A model generated the notes under the pieces. The model was not told the origin of the DNA. It saw only the letters and a program-made list of their open reading frames with translations, and searched no databases. Below, piece after piece: positions 11,761-25,390 of a stretch of DNA of 64,000 bases. The stretch lies in the NCBI GenBank assembly GCA_051546255.1, contig CP128821.1, forward strand, positions 682,001 to 746,000, read 5' to 3'. This DNA is from Meyerozyma guilliermondii (Eukaryota). Each line of letters begins with the position of its first letter. Within the stretch, counting starts at the first letter, position 1. Made by a program: the position numbers and the translations under genes.

Positions 11761-12049
11761 ATTGGTATCTGACTACTAATTACCATCCACCATGACCATC
11801 ACATACACCTATTGCTACTTATTCTACCCATCGCTGCCTATTCGTATCAATTGCTCACTCCTTTATTTTTCAATCGTCTTTCTGACCCGCTCCGCTCGCC
11901 CCACAATGCCAAGATGCCCCACATTTCCTGCAGTTTTCCCCCACAACGATTCGCGCACTTTCTCACCTCTCTTAGCTTGCAAACTTACCAGTGTTTTCCA
12001 TCCAGTGCACCAGCCTCGCTGTGTTCGCACCGACTGCCGCCACTTCACT

Positions 12050-12655
12050 ATGAGTGGCATAGCACTCAAGCTCACATCGTTATTAGTGCGCACGGTTGCG
12101 AAGCCAATCGCCACCGCCATTAAAGCCCAGGCCAAGGAGCATGAGAAGTTTCGTCAGGGTTGCATTCGCATAGCTCAAACCGTGCATCACACCGATATTC
12201 GCCTCCGCATGTCATTATTGGGTGAAAAAAAGATAAAAATTCGTCCACTTAATGATAAAAAAGCAGTGGAAAACGGTGCCAATTTTCTTTCTGAGTTCTT
12301 TATCTTCTCAGTGGCTGGCTCATTGATTCTCTATGAGTCATTTCGAAGCCGGAAAAAGGCAGCTGATGAACGCGATGCATTGGCTGATGACATTGCTACT
12401 CTTCAGGACGAGATAGAGTATATCAAAAAACGCTTAGCATCTTATAACGTTCGCATGGACGATTATAAGCCTCCGGAAGGGTACAGGCCGAAGTATGTCA
12501 AAATTCAGACCGGAGATGGAGACCTGGCAAAGACATTGGTAGACACCAGTCAATTGAAACAACCGGACAAAACCGATGAAAATCAAAAACAGGTCAAAGA
12601 TCAGCACAGTGGTATTCTGGAAGTACTGCAGTCTCGCAATGAGCAGAAAAATTAA
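12050..12655 (+). CDS. OPA3-like mitochondrial protein
   Basis: LKLTSLLVRTVAKPIA and IRPLNDKKAVENGANFLSEFFIFSVAG followed by coiled coil; in-frame upstream ATGs at 11792 and 11906 make the start uncertain. Confidence 0.85.
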   Translation: MSGIALKLTSLLVRTVAKPIATAIKAQAKEHEKFRQGCIRIAQTVHHTDIRLRMSLLGEKKIKIRPLNDKKAVENGANFLSEFFIFSVAGSLILYESFRSRKKAADERDALADDIATLQDEIEYIKKRLASYNVRMDDYKPPEGYRPKYVKIQTGDGDLAKTLVDTSQLKQPDKTDENQKQVKDQHSGILEVLQSRNEQKN

Positions 12656-12911
12656 TGGGCAATTAAACCTCCACCGATTTATGAGAATCCAGTCCGTCCA
12701 TCTCCACTTGCCAACACTTGCATTACCGAACCACACATCATTCGTCAATTGCGTCAACTGCGTACCTCTCTCCGAATTGGCCCTCATGAATTGATCCTCA
12801 ATCGAATTGATCTTCCTCTGAATTGCACCGTATTCTCCAAGTCTTCCACCCTCCCACCTTCTACATGTAAATACGACATCTTAGATCTAGAATACAAAAC
12901 ATAATATACAC

Positions 12912-13313
12912 CTATTTCTGCTGCTTCTTCTTCTCCACCTTCAATAACAAAGCCTTGTTGATGTGGGGCAACACTCCTCCGTACGCGATGGTGGCTTTAA
13001 TCAAGTTGTCCAACTCTTCATCTCCTCTAATTGCCAACTGTAAATGTCTGGGTGTGATTCTCTTCACCTTCAAGTCTTTGGCGGCGTTTCCGGCCAACTC
13101 CAACACCTCAGCTGTCAAGTATTCAAGCACGGCCGTGAGATAAATGGCGGATTTCGAACCAACCCGCACTTTATTTTGAGCGCTTCTTTTCAAATAACGC
13201 TTAATTCTTCCCACAGGAAATTGCAATCCTGCTCTGGCCGAGTGTGAAGTGGACGCCTTGGCGCTGTCGCTCGATTTTCCCTTTCCTCCGTGAACTTTTC
13301 CTTTGCCCGACAT
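12912..13313 (-). CDS. HTZ1: Histone H2A.Z
   Basis: [26 protein letters not shown] and [22 protein letters not shown]. Confidence 0.97.
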   Translation of the reverse strand: MSGKGKVHGGKGKSSDSAKASTSHSARAGLQFPVGRIKRYLKRSAQNKVRVGSKSAIYLTAVLEYLTAEVLELAGNAAKDLKVKRITPRHLQLAIRGDEELDNLIKATIAYGGVLPHINKALLLKVEKKKQQK

Positions 13314-13674
13314 GTTTTGTTGATGTCTGATCAAAACAAATGATATCGCGACTGGGTGGCTGGATGTGGAAATTGTGCAGGAAATTTACGGTCATGTGAC
13401 TTTCGGGAGATGTCTTAACTACTTAGTGGGCTAGAGAGTCAACTGATCTAGTCAAGCCATGCTTTAGTTTTCGTTCCCTTTCGTGCCAGAAATGCATATT
13501 TTTGCGAAAACTTATATATCTTTTTTCTCACTTCCGGAAAATAGGTAGCGACACTGAAAATGATGATAGAATGAATAGGAATGGCAGAATAGCATGATAG
13601 TGTATAAATAGGAAACAGCGAGGATTAAGCTTAATTTTTCGTTTGGTTCCTTTTGATAGTTCTGGTTTTTCACG

Positions 13675-15441
13675 TCACCCATTGACCAAGTGGCTGCTGC
13701 CCAAAGTTTCTATGAGCATTTCCACTTCGCTGCGTGGTTTCTGAAGCTCTGTGCATATAGCATCAAAATTCTGGAAACCCTTGAGGAGTTTGAACACATT
13801 TTTGGTGTCGTCAATATCTTGACGAATTCGGTGCGACGACCATGGTTCATCACTAGAAGTTTCCGATTCAGTATGACTGGAGCTAATGTCAGATTCGGGT
13901 ATCACTTCGTGCTTGGGGTGTCTCTGTACGTTGTAGTTGAAGCTCACGCGACGACGAGGATTTCCAGAAGGTGTGGAAGGTTCTGTCTTCAAGGTTGTCT
14001 CGAGGGTAGTGGTGGTAGGAGTGCGGACGACTCGGGGATTATTGACATGGCTGTTTGATTTCGTGCGCTCTTTGAGCTTCTCTATCTTTTCTTTCATGGC
14101 TTCATCTAGCTCTTGAAGGGTATCAGACTCGATGGCCTTGACCAACGGATCCAGAATGGGGTAAGAATGAACCCGGTAGATTAGTCCTCGCAACACACCG
14201 AAAGTAATAAATCGACGAACGTCTATGAATTGGAGCTGTTTGCGATGCTGGACGTACCATTCCCGTATGGTTTGGCCTTGGTTTAATGAGCGGTAGAGAT
14301 AGAATAGGGTAGCCTTTGACGGTACATGGATGGTGCGAGGTTTGGCTGTTGTGGCTGAAGATGACGAAAAGTAGGAAGTTCTGGCCAAGGGCAGCACCGA
14401 GTTGAATGTGGATACGGGCAGTGCTTCTGAGGATCGTTGTAGAGGAGCTGATCCAACTACAGAGCTGACACCGGATGCTGAATTTTCCATGGAACCGGTG
14501 GGCAAATCTGCGAGTCTTTCGCCAGAATCAGTGACTATGTAGGCCTGGCAGTCTTCGGCAATATCAGGAACGGTCAAGAACCTTGAGATGTTGTTAGTGG
14601 GTGCGTATATGTTGGAGAACTGGAAAATGTCGAGAATTTCAATGCAACGGTAGTATAATAGGTGCTGGAGACATTGTTTGGTGAGGATATAGTCCGCATC
14701 GGCAAGACGGCTTATTTTTCTGACCGAGTTGACGCCATTGATAAACGGCAAGATCTTGACCATTGTTGGATCCCAATTGACATCCACCATTAGTCCAAGT
14801 TTGACGGTGGAAATAGGAACCTGGTGACCTTTGAGATTGACGGGAGCAGGGAGAATGGGGAAAAGTTTGATATCCACCGAATTTGCCAGATCGAGTGGAA
14901 TACAACATTCAGAGTAGTTATTGAGATCCAGAAAAATTTGATTGATCAATGACTCAATTGATGAGAGGGTGATTCTAGCAGTTCGAGCGTACCCAGGAGT
15001 AGTTTCTGTGGTGTCGGCACGGTCCAAATGGGCTCTGTTGTCTTTGAAAAATGCAGGGTCTTGTTTCGACAACAGAAAGTTTTGTTCCTCCAAAACTCGA
15101 AACATACGTCCCATTCTCCGCACAGCCAGCTCGTACGGAGTGGTATCACTGTCATAAGGAAACACAAAACAAAAATTGAAAGTAAAAGAATTTCGAGCAT
15201 AATCTGTATTTTCAATGTTCACAGGGTACCCCATCACCCGGTACCTTCCTATCTTAAACAGTACAAGTTTATTACATAGTTGAGGTTTAGGAATCACGTA
15301 GTTGCGCACGGCATCGAAATCAAAAAGCGACGGCTGATCGCGAGAAATTACATCGGGAACTTGGTGAACGATCTTTGTTCCTTCTGTGGGATGAAAAACC
15401 GAATAGAAAACCGCGGTGATGGGCTCAAAGCCGGAATTCAT
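13675..15441 (-). CDS. NPR2: SEACIT/GATOR1 subunit Npr2
   Basis: FYSVFHPTEGTK, YVIPKPQLCNKL, YARNSF.FNFCFVF, WDPTM.KILPFING and DVRRFITFG. Confidence 0.93.
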   Translation of the reverse strand: MNSGFEPITAVFYSVFHPTEGTKIVHQVPDVISRDQPSLFDFDAVRNYVIPKPQLCNKLVLFKIGRYRVMGYPVNIENTDYARNSFTFNFCFVFPYDSDTTPYELAVRRMGRMFRVLEEQNFLLSKQDPAFFKDNRAHLDRADTTETTPGYARTARITLSSIESLINQIFLDLNNYSECCIPLDLANSVDIKLFPILPAPVNLKGHQVPISTVKLGLMVDVNWDPTMVKILPFINGVNSVRKISRLADADYILTKQCLQHLLYYRCIEILDIFQFSNIYAPTNNISRFLTVPDIAEDCQAYIVTDSGERLADLPTGSMENSASGVSSVVGSAPLQRSSEALPVSTFNSVLPLARTSYFSSSSATTAKPRTIHVPSKATLFYLYRSLNQGQTIREWYVQHRKQLQFIDVRRFITFGVLRGLIYRVHSYPILDPLVKAIESDTLQELDEAMKEKIEKLKERTKSNSHVNNPRVVRTPTTTTLETTLKTEPSTPSGNPRRRVSFNYNVQRHPKHEVIPESDISSSHTESETSSDEPWSSHRIRQDIDDTKNVFKLLKGFQNFDAICTELQKPRSEVEMLIETLGSSHLVNG

Positions 15442-15683
15442 TTTGAGGTGGAGAACCGACCGGCCGGATTATGAGAGCCAAACACCACCCCAGGCGCACT
15501 AATGAGACGAAACGTATGAAGAATGAAGAAACAAAAAAAAAATGAAAAATGAAAAGAACAAGAGAAAAGTAAAAGAAAGCCAAAAGCACCGGTAGAAGTT
15601 GCTTTATCTGAATTTCTCTCTGTTGGGCTTGACCGGTCAAGGCCTCTTCGTCTACTTTGAACTCGTGTTGCATCCAAACACCC

Positions 15684-17484
<1,801 letters not shown>

Positions 17485-17609
17485 GCTCGCTCTAGGTGCT
17501 CTACATTTGTATATAGTTATGAGTACTGCAATAATCTGGTGTGCGAAGTCTGCGAATTCAGTTTAAGAGTGTTTGCGAATTCATTTCCCGAATTCAGTTG
17601 TAGCGCGAT

Positions 17610-17625
17610 CTCATCTCTTCATCGC
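17610..17625 (-). promoter_or_regulatory. Two adjacent PAC-like (ribosome biogenesis) motifs upstream of RRN11
   Basis: CTCATCTC (GAGATGAG) and TTCATCGC (GCGATGAA) just before the ATG. Confidence 0.5.
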
Positions 17626-17633
17626 ACAATGAT

Positions 17634-19040
17634 ATGTTTGAACTGGCACTTGTTGTTGTGCAAGAATCAGACTCGAAGAAGAAGCACAAACGGCTTGAAC
17701 GACTCTTGAGCAAAGCAGTAGAAGTTGGTGAATATAATCGTATTCAGTCTAGTTCAAAGCTCACAAAAAACCAAAAGTCAAAGCTTCAAACTCAAAAGGC
17801 TCGAAAAACTATCCTTAAAAAAATACATTCTGAACTAAGCAAGCGCCACAATCCTGAAGAAACATTTGAAGAATGGAACTCGCAAGACCTGGTGCCCGTC
17901 AGTTCTGAGGCTGCGCTAACTGATGCGGTGGTAAGTGAGTTAAATAATAACGTGAACGAGAACGAAGAAGAAACATCTTCTGGGTCGGAGGATGAAGCTG
18001 AAAAGCATCTTGAAACAATAACTAGCACTTTCGATCAATCTTCAACATGGGAAAAAGCGAATTTCTTGATAAGAGCCAAAGGTCTTGAAGTTTTTCCTCA
18101 TCACGACGTTCCTAACGGCTCATTGTACGGTGTGACTGGAGATATGAGACTGAAATTTGGACTGAAAAAGACCCACGCTGCCCATGTCACAGTCCTACTA
18201 CACTTGAATATCCTCAGACGAAACTGGAACTTGGCCTACAAGTTGTTTTGTTTGTTAATTCGTGTACCTGATATTGACATTAGAACTATATGGCCGCTTG
18301 GAATCGAAATTTTGTCCCAGAAGCAGCGTGAAACGGCCAAGAATGGAGTAGAACCAGAACTATATAAGGACGAGAAGTTCTTTGACTGGCTAACCTCATT
18401 CTACAGTACTCGTTGGCACCATAAATCAACGACGTCATATCCATCTCGCCGATCCGCTGCGCCAGTTTGGCGCTCTGGTTCAAGAACTCATGCCCCTCTC
18501 TATGTCATATCATCATTGTGGACGCTCTTGGTTCGGCGTGACTTTTCCAAGCTCAATGATAAACTAAGCGAAATGTTACTTGAGCCTCCATATAGCACTA
18601 ACGGAGTGTTCCACTTTTTGCTTGCTTCCAGTAAACTATTGGAAGCATTCGACTTGAAAGACCAATATTCCAATACTGACGATGCGAACCATAAAAATGA
18701 ACTTGAGGGACAAATCAGAAAAACCATAACTTTGATCGAAAAGCTGTTGGATAATAGTAAAGAATGCAATTTCAGCTTTCCAGAATCCGAGTTTCGAAAT
18801 GAGATAAACTTCATAAAAACAATCTACGACTCGGAGGCTCCGCCTACACCTTCCACTCTGGGTCATAATATCACCTCGGACCTCGACGAGGACCAAAGCT
18901 TACCTATATTGGATGATAATGAGGACATTGAAGAGGAGACTTTTGTGGACTTTTCCAGTGACGATGACGACTATCAAGATGCCAAAGAAACCCTTGATAA
19001 CTCAAGCAAAGCAGACTTGGAGTTTGACTTTGATTTGTAA
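17634..19040 (+). CDS. RRN11: RNA polymerase I core factor subunit Rrn11
   Basis: MFE start, LLHLNILRRNWNLAYKLF..LIR.P..DIR.IW.LGIEIL and GSRTHAP match Rrn11. Confidence 0.85.
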   Translation: MFELALVVVQESDSKKKHKRLERLLSKAVEVGEYNRIQSSSKLTKNQKSKLQTQKARKTILKKIHSELSKRHNPEETFEEWNSQDLVPVSSEAALTDAVVSELNNNVNENEEETSSGSEDEAEKHLETITSTFDQSSTWEKANFLIRAKGLEVFPHHDVPNGSLYGVTGDMRLKFGLKKTHAAHVTVLLHLNILRRNWNLAYKLFCLLIRVPDIDIRTIWPLGIEILSQKQRETAKNGVEPELYKDEKFFDWLTSFYSTRWHHKSTTSYPSRRSAAPVWRSGSRTHAPLYVISSLWTLLVRRDFSKLNDKLSEMLLEPPYSTNGVFHFLLASSKLLEAFDLKDQYSNTDDANHKNELEGQIRKTITLIEKLLDNSKECNFSFPESEFRNEINFIKTIYDSEAPPTPSTLGHNITSDLDEDQSLPILDDNEDIEEETFVDFSSDDDDYQDAKETLDNSSKADLEFDFDL

Positions 19041-19088
19041 TGTACTATTATTCGTATGTATCATATATTCCTAAAATTTCCTAATTCA

Positions 19089-20699
19089 TTACTCGTTTTC
19101 GCTCTCAGATCTTCGTGGTCGTAAAATGTCCAACTCTCGGCCTCCGACGCTTGGTCTAATGGACAAGGTTCCACGATGCCGAGTGGAGAAGTCAACCCCG
19201 TATTGCATCTCAGACATGCGATGGATTGGAAGGATGGTCCAATTGGGAGGTATAATAGCATTGTCAGGCAACTTGATCGTCTGTAGCTGGTCTGAATTAT
19301 CCCCTGCTTCTTGTATTCCGGAAGCTTGGCCCTCTTGCCTGTTAGAAGAAGAAGCAGCTTGCTCTCTAGCGAGGTTCTGTTGTCTTGCCAACTCAGTATA
19401 CTCTTCGAGTCGTCTATCTAATACCTCCTCAGGATGAGCAATGGGATGCTGAGGAATGGGTTGTTCTGGTTGTGCATTGGTGGCATTTGTGTCTGTAATA
19501 GACGTGGGGTTGCCGGCGAAAACTTTCCGGCGACACAAGGGACAGTTTTCTGAGCGTTCGAGCCAATCTTTCAAGCATCCCATATGCAATATATGACCGC
19601 AATCGAGCTTTTTGGGGTACTTTCTCGCTGGAAGCGGACGACCACGAGTCTCTCGATACGCTTCAACACTGTACATATCTTCTCGACAAATGATGCAAAG
19701 GTTGTCTGTGGCACTCAAGTCTTCGGTGGTTGCGGTCGCCAACTGGCTATCCAAGCGCCTGGCTGACTCGATGAATGCAAACAACAGGGTGATCTCAACA
19801 TATGTCTTTTTGATTGAGGAGTAGGTACCCTGAAGCATTGATATGGGTAACGATAAACCCGAATGGAAAGTAAGAAGGTAAATGAACGCCAAGTATGAGA
19901 CTGCCTTGAGAGAAGATGAAAAGATGTCAATGGCTTTGTTATAATAGCCCTTCTTTTCCCAGACTCTCAGGCCCAGGTCAACCTCGGAGATCGTGTCATC
20001 TGCGTCCACGTCGAACTCATCGTCGTCTTCATTGGCGTCATTATACACTGCGAGTTCGTAGATGTTCAACAACAATTTCGAGAAGAAAGTAAGTGCCTCG
20101 ACTCCAAGCAAAGCAAATTGAAACCCGAAAAGTAAACACGTCACGGAATTGATACCTTTGAAGGCATCGTACACCAAAAACTTCGCAAACACAAAATCCG
20201 CAACTATGAAGAATGCAATGAGCCATGTGTATAGGCTTGAAATGTACCTTCTGAGCACATCAGATGAAGTATAGCGTTCTTCCGCCAAGGTATTGACAAC
20301 CTTCATATGTACAAAGTCGAGACGATCGGTCAAAATGACATGGAGCAACTTAGACATCACTATGAATCCGAGCAACACACAGTTGAGCAAATTATGATCA
20401 TTGGTAACCAAATTAAACAACAAGTTGACGGTGAACATTGGAACCGACTCCACTATGTGCTCAATCTCTATTATTCGGAGCTCTCCAAATAACAAGAGCT
20501 GGAGAGCCCTCGCAGTAATGATGAATGAAAAAAATATGAAATTGATAAGGATTCCGAGTTTGAAGCCATCGGTGATTTTGACGATAAACGAAAAGTAATT
20601 GTGTGATACTTCGAGAGAGCTTGCAATGGACCAAGCTAGTAGCGCCACCGACAAGGCGGAGTAGCCAATGAAGTATTTGGCACCACTAGTTAGCGTCAT
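19089..20699 (-). CDS. HRD1: ERAD E3 ubiquitin ligase Hrd1
   Basis: Multi-TM N-terminus with LLFGELRIIEIEH; RING-H2 CIICRE...PKKLDCGHILHMGCLKDWLERSENCPLCR; first ATG at 20699. Confidence 0.92.
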   Translation of the reverse strand: MTLTSGAKYFIGYSALSVALLAWSIASSLEVSHNYFSFIVKITDGFKLGILINFIFFSFIITARALQLLLFGELRIIEIEHIVESVPMFTVNLLFNLVTNDHNLLNCVLLGFIVMSKLLHVILTDRLDFVHMKVVNTLAEERYTSSDVLRRYISSLYTWLIAFFIVADFVFAKFLVYDAFKGINSVTCLLFGFQFALLGVEALTFFSKLLLNIYELAVYNDANEDDDEFDVDADDTISEVDLGLRVWEKKGYYNKAIDIFSSSLKAVSYLAFIYLLTFHSGLSLPISMLQGTYSSIKKTYVEITLLFAFIESARRLDSQLATATTEDLSATDNLCIICREDMYSVEAYRETRGRPLPARKYPKKLDCGHILHMGCLKDWLERSENCPLCRRKVFAGNPTSITDTNATNAQPEQPIPQHPIAHPEEVLDRRLEEYTELARQQNLAREQAASSSNRQEGQASGIQEAGDNSDQLQTIKLPDNAIIPPNWTILPIHRMSEMQYGVDFSTRHRGTLSIRPSVGGRELDILRPRRSESENE

Positions 20700-20954
20700 G
20701 TGTGAATTGCCGGTATTCGCTGTAACGTTTTGAGGTTGCAGTGCGGTCACATGACCGATCGAGAATACGATAAAGATGGAGAGGTATGGAGGTGTAGTAC
20801 GGAATGGAAAATTGCTGAAAAGAATCGACAAAGATGGAGAGGTATAGAGATGTCTCGTACAGGAAGGAAAATTGCTTTAACTTTGTGGTTCGTCAATTAT
20901 TATAATACCTTTGTAGTGGGCCCTAATGTACAGATTATTGATGTAGAATACAGA

Positions 20955-23570
20955 TTATGGCATGTTCAATTTTGTAGTCGTTCGCCTCTTCTTTGACACG
21001 CTTTCGTTGTCGCTATTTGCACGAGACAATGACGGAATCTTGGAAAGGGGTTGAAGCAGTGTTTCAGCAGGGCGTTTAACTGCTGACCCGCTACTCAAGG
21101 TATGGCGTGCCCTATTAGGAGAAACCTCTTGCAAGACTCTTTCCGCTGTAGAGGTGGAAGGTAGATTGATTTCAAACTCTTGTATGGAGTGCAATGTGGT
21201 CGTGGTATCGACAAGACCCTTTTGTACTTGTTTCGACTTGGAGTTGATACGTCCAAAAGCGCTCTCTAACTCCTCGATGGTACTGGCAGTATTCTCTTTA
21301 TTGATACTGTCCTTCAATAATTCAAGTTGAGGATTGAGCTTTTGATGTATAGTCTCTCCGATGGTTTTTGATGCAGAATCAATGCTATGCTCCATCAATT
21401 CCAACAGTTCTTTGCTAGACTTGCCATAAGACTGTAATTCGTCCACAACGGAGATATGCAAGTGCAGAGACCGTGCTAACCATGATGTCGCTTGCTTTTG
21501 CAATTCCTGCTTTTCCGCTTGAACCTTGCTTACAGTGTCTTCAGTCAAAAGGCGTGGTAGCTCTCCTTGCTGCTGGGTAAATGTCTTGTTGAGCATTGTC
21601 GCAATTTCTGTAGTGATTGTATTTTGCATTGCGCTTAGGTTGTTTGTAATGCGTTCTTTGATTGAATCCAGTAAGGCAGTCTCGATAGCTTTCAAGTGTT
21701 CCTCAGTCACGTACTTTTCAAAATTACTGTTGGACGAACGAACTTCGTCAATTTGATGTTCCACTTTTCTTTCACAAGCTTCACGTAATGTGTGCTGCTG
21801 ACTGACCTGCTCTCCCAAGGGCTCTAAGACGCCTGGAAGTACCTTCAAAGCGTGTTCGAATTGGGAGTTGAGCTTCTCTGACACTTGGTATAGTGAAATT
21901 TTGAACCCATTCAATGAAGCTGCGACCTTGTTTTGAACTTGTTGCAAGTATTTGACATCATTACTATTGGAAAGCTCAGATGAGATACCTGCGATGGTGG
22001 TGAGTGCTTCATTAATCTTCTCGGATACGGTGGTTTTCAAAAAGTTCGACGCACGGGTGTAGTTGTTCTCGAGCTCGGACATTTTCTGTGACATTGACAT
22101 GATTGTTGCACTTCTGCTCGCGACATCAGCCTCTAGATCACGCTGTTTGCTTTGAGACTCTCGAACCAAAGAGCCCATTTCGTGCTTTTCGCGTTCATTG
22201 TCTAGTGCTTTGGTCTCCAATGCTGTATTCTCCTGCTTGGTTTTCTCAAGTTTCAAGTTGAGTCCTGTTATCAATGCTTTTGATTCTCGAAGCTGGGTCT
22301 TGAGTGATTCCGTTTCATTGACAAACTCATTGTATGTGGTTTCGTCCATCCATATTCCGTTCTTCTTGCGCGTGGCTATCAAATCGTCTTGCAACTTCCT
22401 TAGCGTATTCGACATATCTCGTATAAGTATTTTTTTCGCAAGATAATCGATAGAATCCCCAGATTGTGGTTTGTTCTGAATGCTCTTGGCTTTTGAAGCA
22501 TACTCAAGAGTTGAGGTCGTTTCATCTAAATCTATTCTCGCGGGGGATATGGTGGTAATGAGGGTAGTCTTGGTATTGCCGCCCAACGAGTCTTGTAGCA
22601 AGCGAGTTAATTTAGATTCACGGTAGGGTATATGAGACAAGGGACCAGACTTGTCACTTAAGCAATTGATCACTCGGCCCAAAGTAAGTAGACTCTGGTT
22701 GATTGAACCTGCCTCTTTTGCACGTTGATTAACGGCACCAGACTTGTGGATGTTTTCGGAACCTGCCAAATCAACCAAATTCATCTTTGAGATTCGGACC
22801 ATCTCATTTTTTTCGACATCCATCCTGTAGAGGTAGATTGTGAATATAGAATGCGAACGAGACGATACATCGTTCATTCTTGTCGATGCTGTCGTTCTTT
22901 TCTTGTGACCTTTTTCGAGAAGATCCACCGCTTGACGGGCAGACGTCACCACCTGCTCGATGAGATTTTGCACAACTATACCACTTGAAGGTCCCACCAC
23001 ACGTTTTTGGGTCGAGTCAAAGATACGCAATTTAGAGTTGCCGCTGTCGGCTCCTAAAAGGTCCTTGATCTCTTCGTTATAGAGCTCCATAAAAGAGCAC
23101 CGCACAGAATAGTCGCTATTATTGGCGTCTAGCGCGGTGAAAAGCTCGGTCAAAACCCGAGGAACGATACCTGCCTCTTCCGAGAGTCTTACTGACAGAC
23201 CGTGCTTCTCGTGGGTGAGATCCCCGCACATTGTGTATGTTTTTCCTGTGCCCGTTTGACCGTAGGCCAAAACGGTGGTATTATATCCAGCAACAAAGTC
23301 ATGAAAAAGCGGTAATGCTACTTGGTGAAAGAGCATCAGCTGGTCGGCCTGCGATCCGTATACCTGGTCCACGGAATATGTTTTCAGGTTGATAATTTGG
23401 GAGAAAGAGGAACTCAAGTGCGACGGAGACTCTGAATTTGCACATAAAGTAACGGTAGGATTTGTCACCGAGTAGGTTTCCACGGGCATTTCTACTACCA
23501 CGGGCGAATTGGCTTTGACTTCTCTTTCGTTGCGACCTCGACATCGTACTACGACCTGGATGTTGGACAT
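20955..23570 (-). CDS. KIP1: Kinesin-5 (BimC/Kip1/Cin8 family)
   Basis: NIQVVVRCRGRN, AYGQTGTGKT, SSRSH, LVDLAGSE and coiled-coil stalk. Confidence 0.9.
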   Translation of the reverse strand: MSNIQVVVRCRGRNEREVKANSPVVVEMPVETYSVTNPTVTLCANSESPSHLSSSFSQIINLKTYSVDQVYGSQADQLMLFHQVALPLFHDFVAGYNTTVLAYGQTGTGKTYTMCGDLTHEKHGLSVRLSEEAGIVPRVLTELFTALDANNSDYSVRCSFMELYNEEIKDLLGADSGNSKLRIFDSTQKRVVGPSSGIVVQNLIEQVVTSARQAVDLLEKGHKKRTTASTRMNDVSSRSHSIFTIYLYRMDVEKNEMVRISKMNLVDLAGSENIHKSGAVNQRAKEAGSINQSLLTLGRVINCLSDKSGPLSHIPYRESKLTRLLQDSLGGNTKTTLITTISPARIDLDETTSTLEYASKAKSIQNKPQSGDSIDYLAKKILIRDMSNTLRKLQDDLIATRKKNGIWMDETTYNEFVNETESLKTQLRESKALITGLNLKLEKTKQENTALETKALDNEREKHEMGSLVRESQSKQRDLEADVASRSATIMSMSQKMSELENNYTRASNFLKTTVSEKINEALTTIAGISSELSNSNDVKYLQQVQNKVAASLNGFKISLYQVSEKLNSQFEHALKVLPGVLEPLGEQVSQQHTLREACERKVEHQIDEVRSSNSNFEKYVTEEHLKAIETALLDSIKERITNNLSAMQNTITTEIATMLNKTFTQQQGELPRLLTEDTVSKVQAEKQELQKQATSWLARSLHLHISVVDELQSYGKSSKELLELMEHSIDSASKTIGETIHQKLNPQLELLKDSINKENTASTIEELESAFGRINSKSKQVQKGLVDTTTTLHSIQEFEINLPSTSTAERVLQEVSPNRARHTLSSGSAVKRPAETLLQPLSKIPSLSRANSDNESVSKKRRTTTKLNMP

Positions 23571-23640
23571 GGTGAGATTACGTAGAGATGTTTATTTACA
23601 AAATACGTAGAGGGACTGGTGCACGGGTGCGGAAAGGCAC

Positions 23641-23681
23641 GAAGAACCAAGCACAAGTACCAAGTACCAAGTACGAAGCAC
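23641..23681. repeat. Degenerate 7-bp tandem repeat (CAAGTAC)
   Basis: gaagaac caagca caagtac caagtac caagtac gaagcac in the 135-bp spacer upstream of KIP1. Confidence 0.7.
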
Positions 23682-23705
23682 TAAAATTGGGAAAGTTTGG
23701 TGACT

Positions 23706-24083
23706 CTAGTCAAAAAAGTCGTCCTCGTCGTCTTCGGCGTCAATGGTGTTCTTGCGGTCAAACACAATCTTCGTAGCCGTCTTCTTCTTCTCGTCGCGTG
23801 ACAATCCATCAAGGATGTCTACCACGTCCAGCTCGGCCAATTTTCGAGAAATGGCCCCTGTGGACGCTAGCTTGACTATATACTGCTCCACGGCATCGGC
23901 TCTATCGGGACGAACTATGCGGACTCGACTCAATCGTTCTCGCGCACTGGGTTCAAGAACCTGTGCGAGCATGGAAGTTTTGACATCATCTTTTCTGGAA
24001 TCTGCTGCTGGCGCCTGACCTGTGTTCTTCTGCAACTCCGCCAACCGCGCGGAGCGGATTGCATTTAGTTCCGAGTCGTCCAT
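23706..24083 (-). CDS. SDD2: PDCD5/Sdd2 family protein
   Basis: MDDSELNAIR.ARLAEL, QVLEPSARERLSRVRIVRPDRA..VE and DDDFFD tail. Confidence 0.88.
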   Translation of the reverse strand: MDDSELNAIRSARLAELQKNTGQAPAADSRKDDVKTSMLAQVLEPSARERLSRVRIVRPDRADAVEQYIVKLASTGAISRKLAELDVVDILDGLSRDEKKKTATKIVFDRKNTIDAEDDEDDFFD

Positions 24084-24181
24084 CAATATAGTTTATTTCT
24101 GTGGGGACAATTTTTTCAGGGCGCGGCACGACTGGCGAATACAGCAACGGGCGCGGCGACGGTGTTGTAAGAGTATTCAGT

Positions 24182-24873
<692 letters not shown>

Positions 24874-25375
24874 CCGGGAAGCCGCAGAGCGGCCCCCAAG
24901 CATAGAAAATTCTTTGGAACGCCTTTGCTTCTAACGAACATGATCGCCATACAGTCCGTCGAGGAATTCTCCCGCATCTTTCATGACCAATAAGTAGGTC
25001 AATATATCCCACACTGCAAATACAATCATGAATCGAGGGCCAATTGGTGTCTGAAACTATTTGGTGATTCTGTGAGCTGGCCTGCCTCGGCTTATGACTC
25101 AAAGTGGCTGTGCTTGCAAAATGTTGTTGACCAGACGATGACACACAGAATGACAAAATATACTTCGTACTGTGTGCAGCAACCAACGCATCTATGAAAT
25201 GTAATTATTTTGCATTATCGTAAAATAATAAAACACGCGATCACACCGGCTGTATTTGCCAAAAGACACCAGATGCCCCTTTTGTCAGTAGCGTAGAAAA
25301 TAAACCAGAAGAGACTATTCACAAAACATAACAGCCGTAGCTGGTTTCAAAATCTGTATCAACTACGACACATTG

Positions 25376-25390
25376 CACACACACACACAC
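25376..25390. repeat. (CA)7 microsatellite
   Basis: cacacacacacacac. Confidence 0.8.

Noticed and set aside
20700..20831. TTG-started N-terminal extension of HRD1 (similar for NDUFAF7, SET5, UBP16, HEM4)
   Set aside because: Non-ATG starts from a prokaryote-style ORF caller; homology begins at the first ATG and the extensions lack a clear targeting signature
23641..23681. Interstitial telomere or CRISPR-like interpretation of the CAAGTAC repeat
   Set aside because: Short 7-bp degenerate tandem with no spacers; no exact match to a telomeric unit I can support
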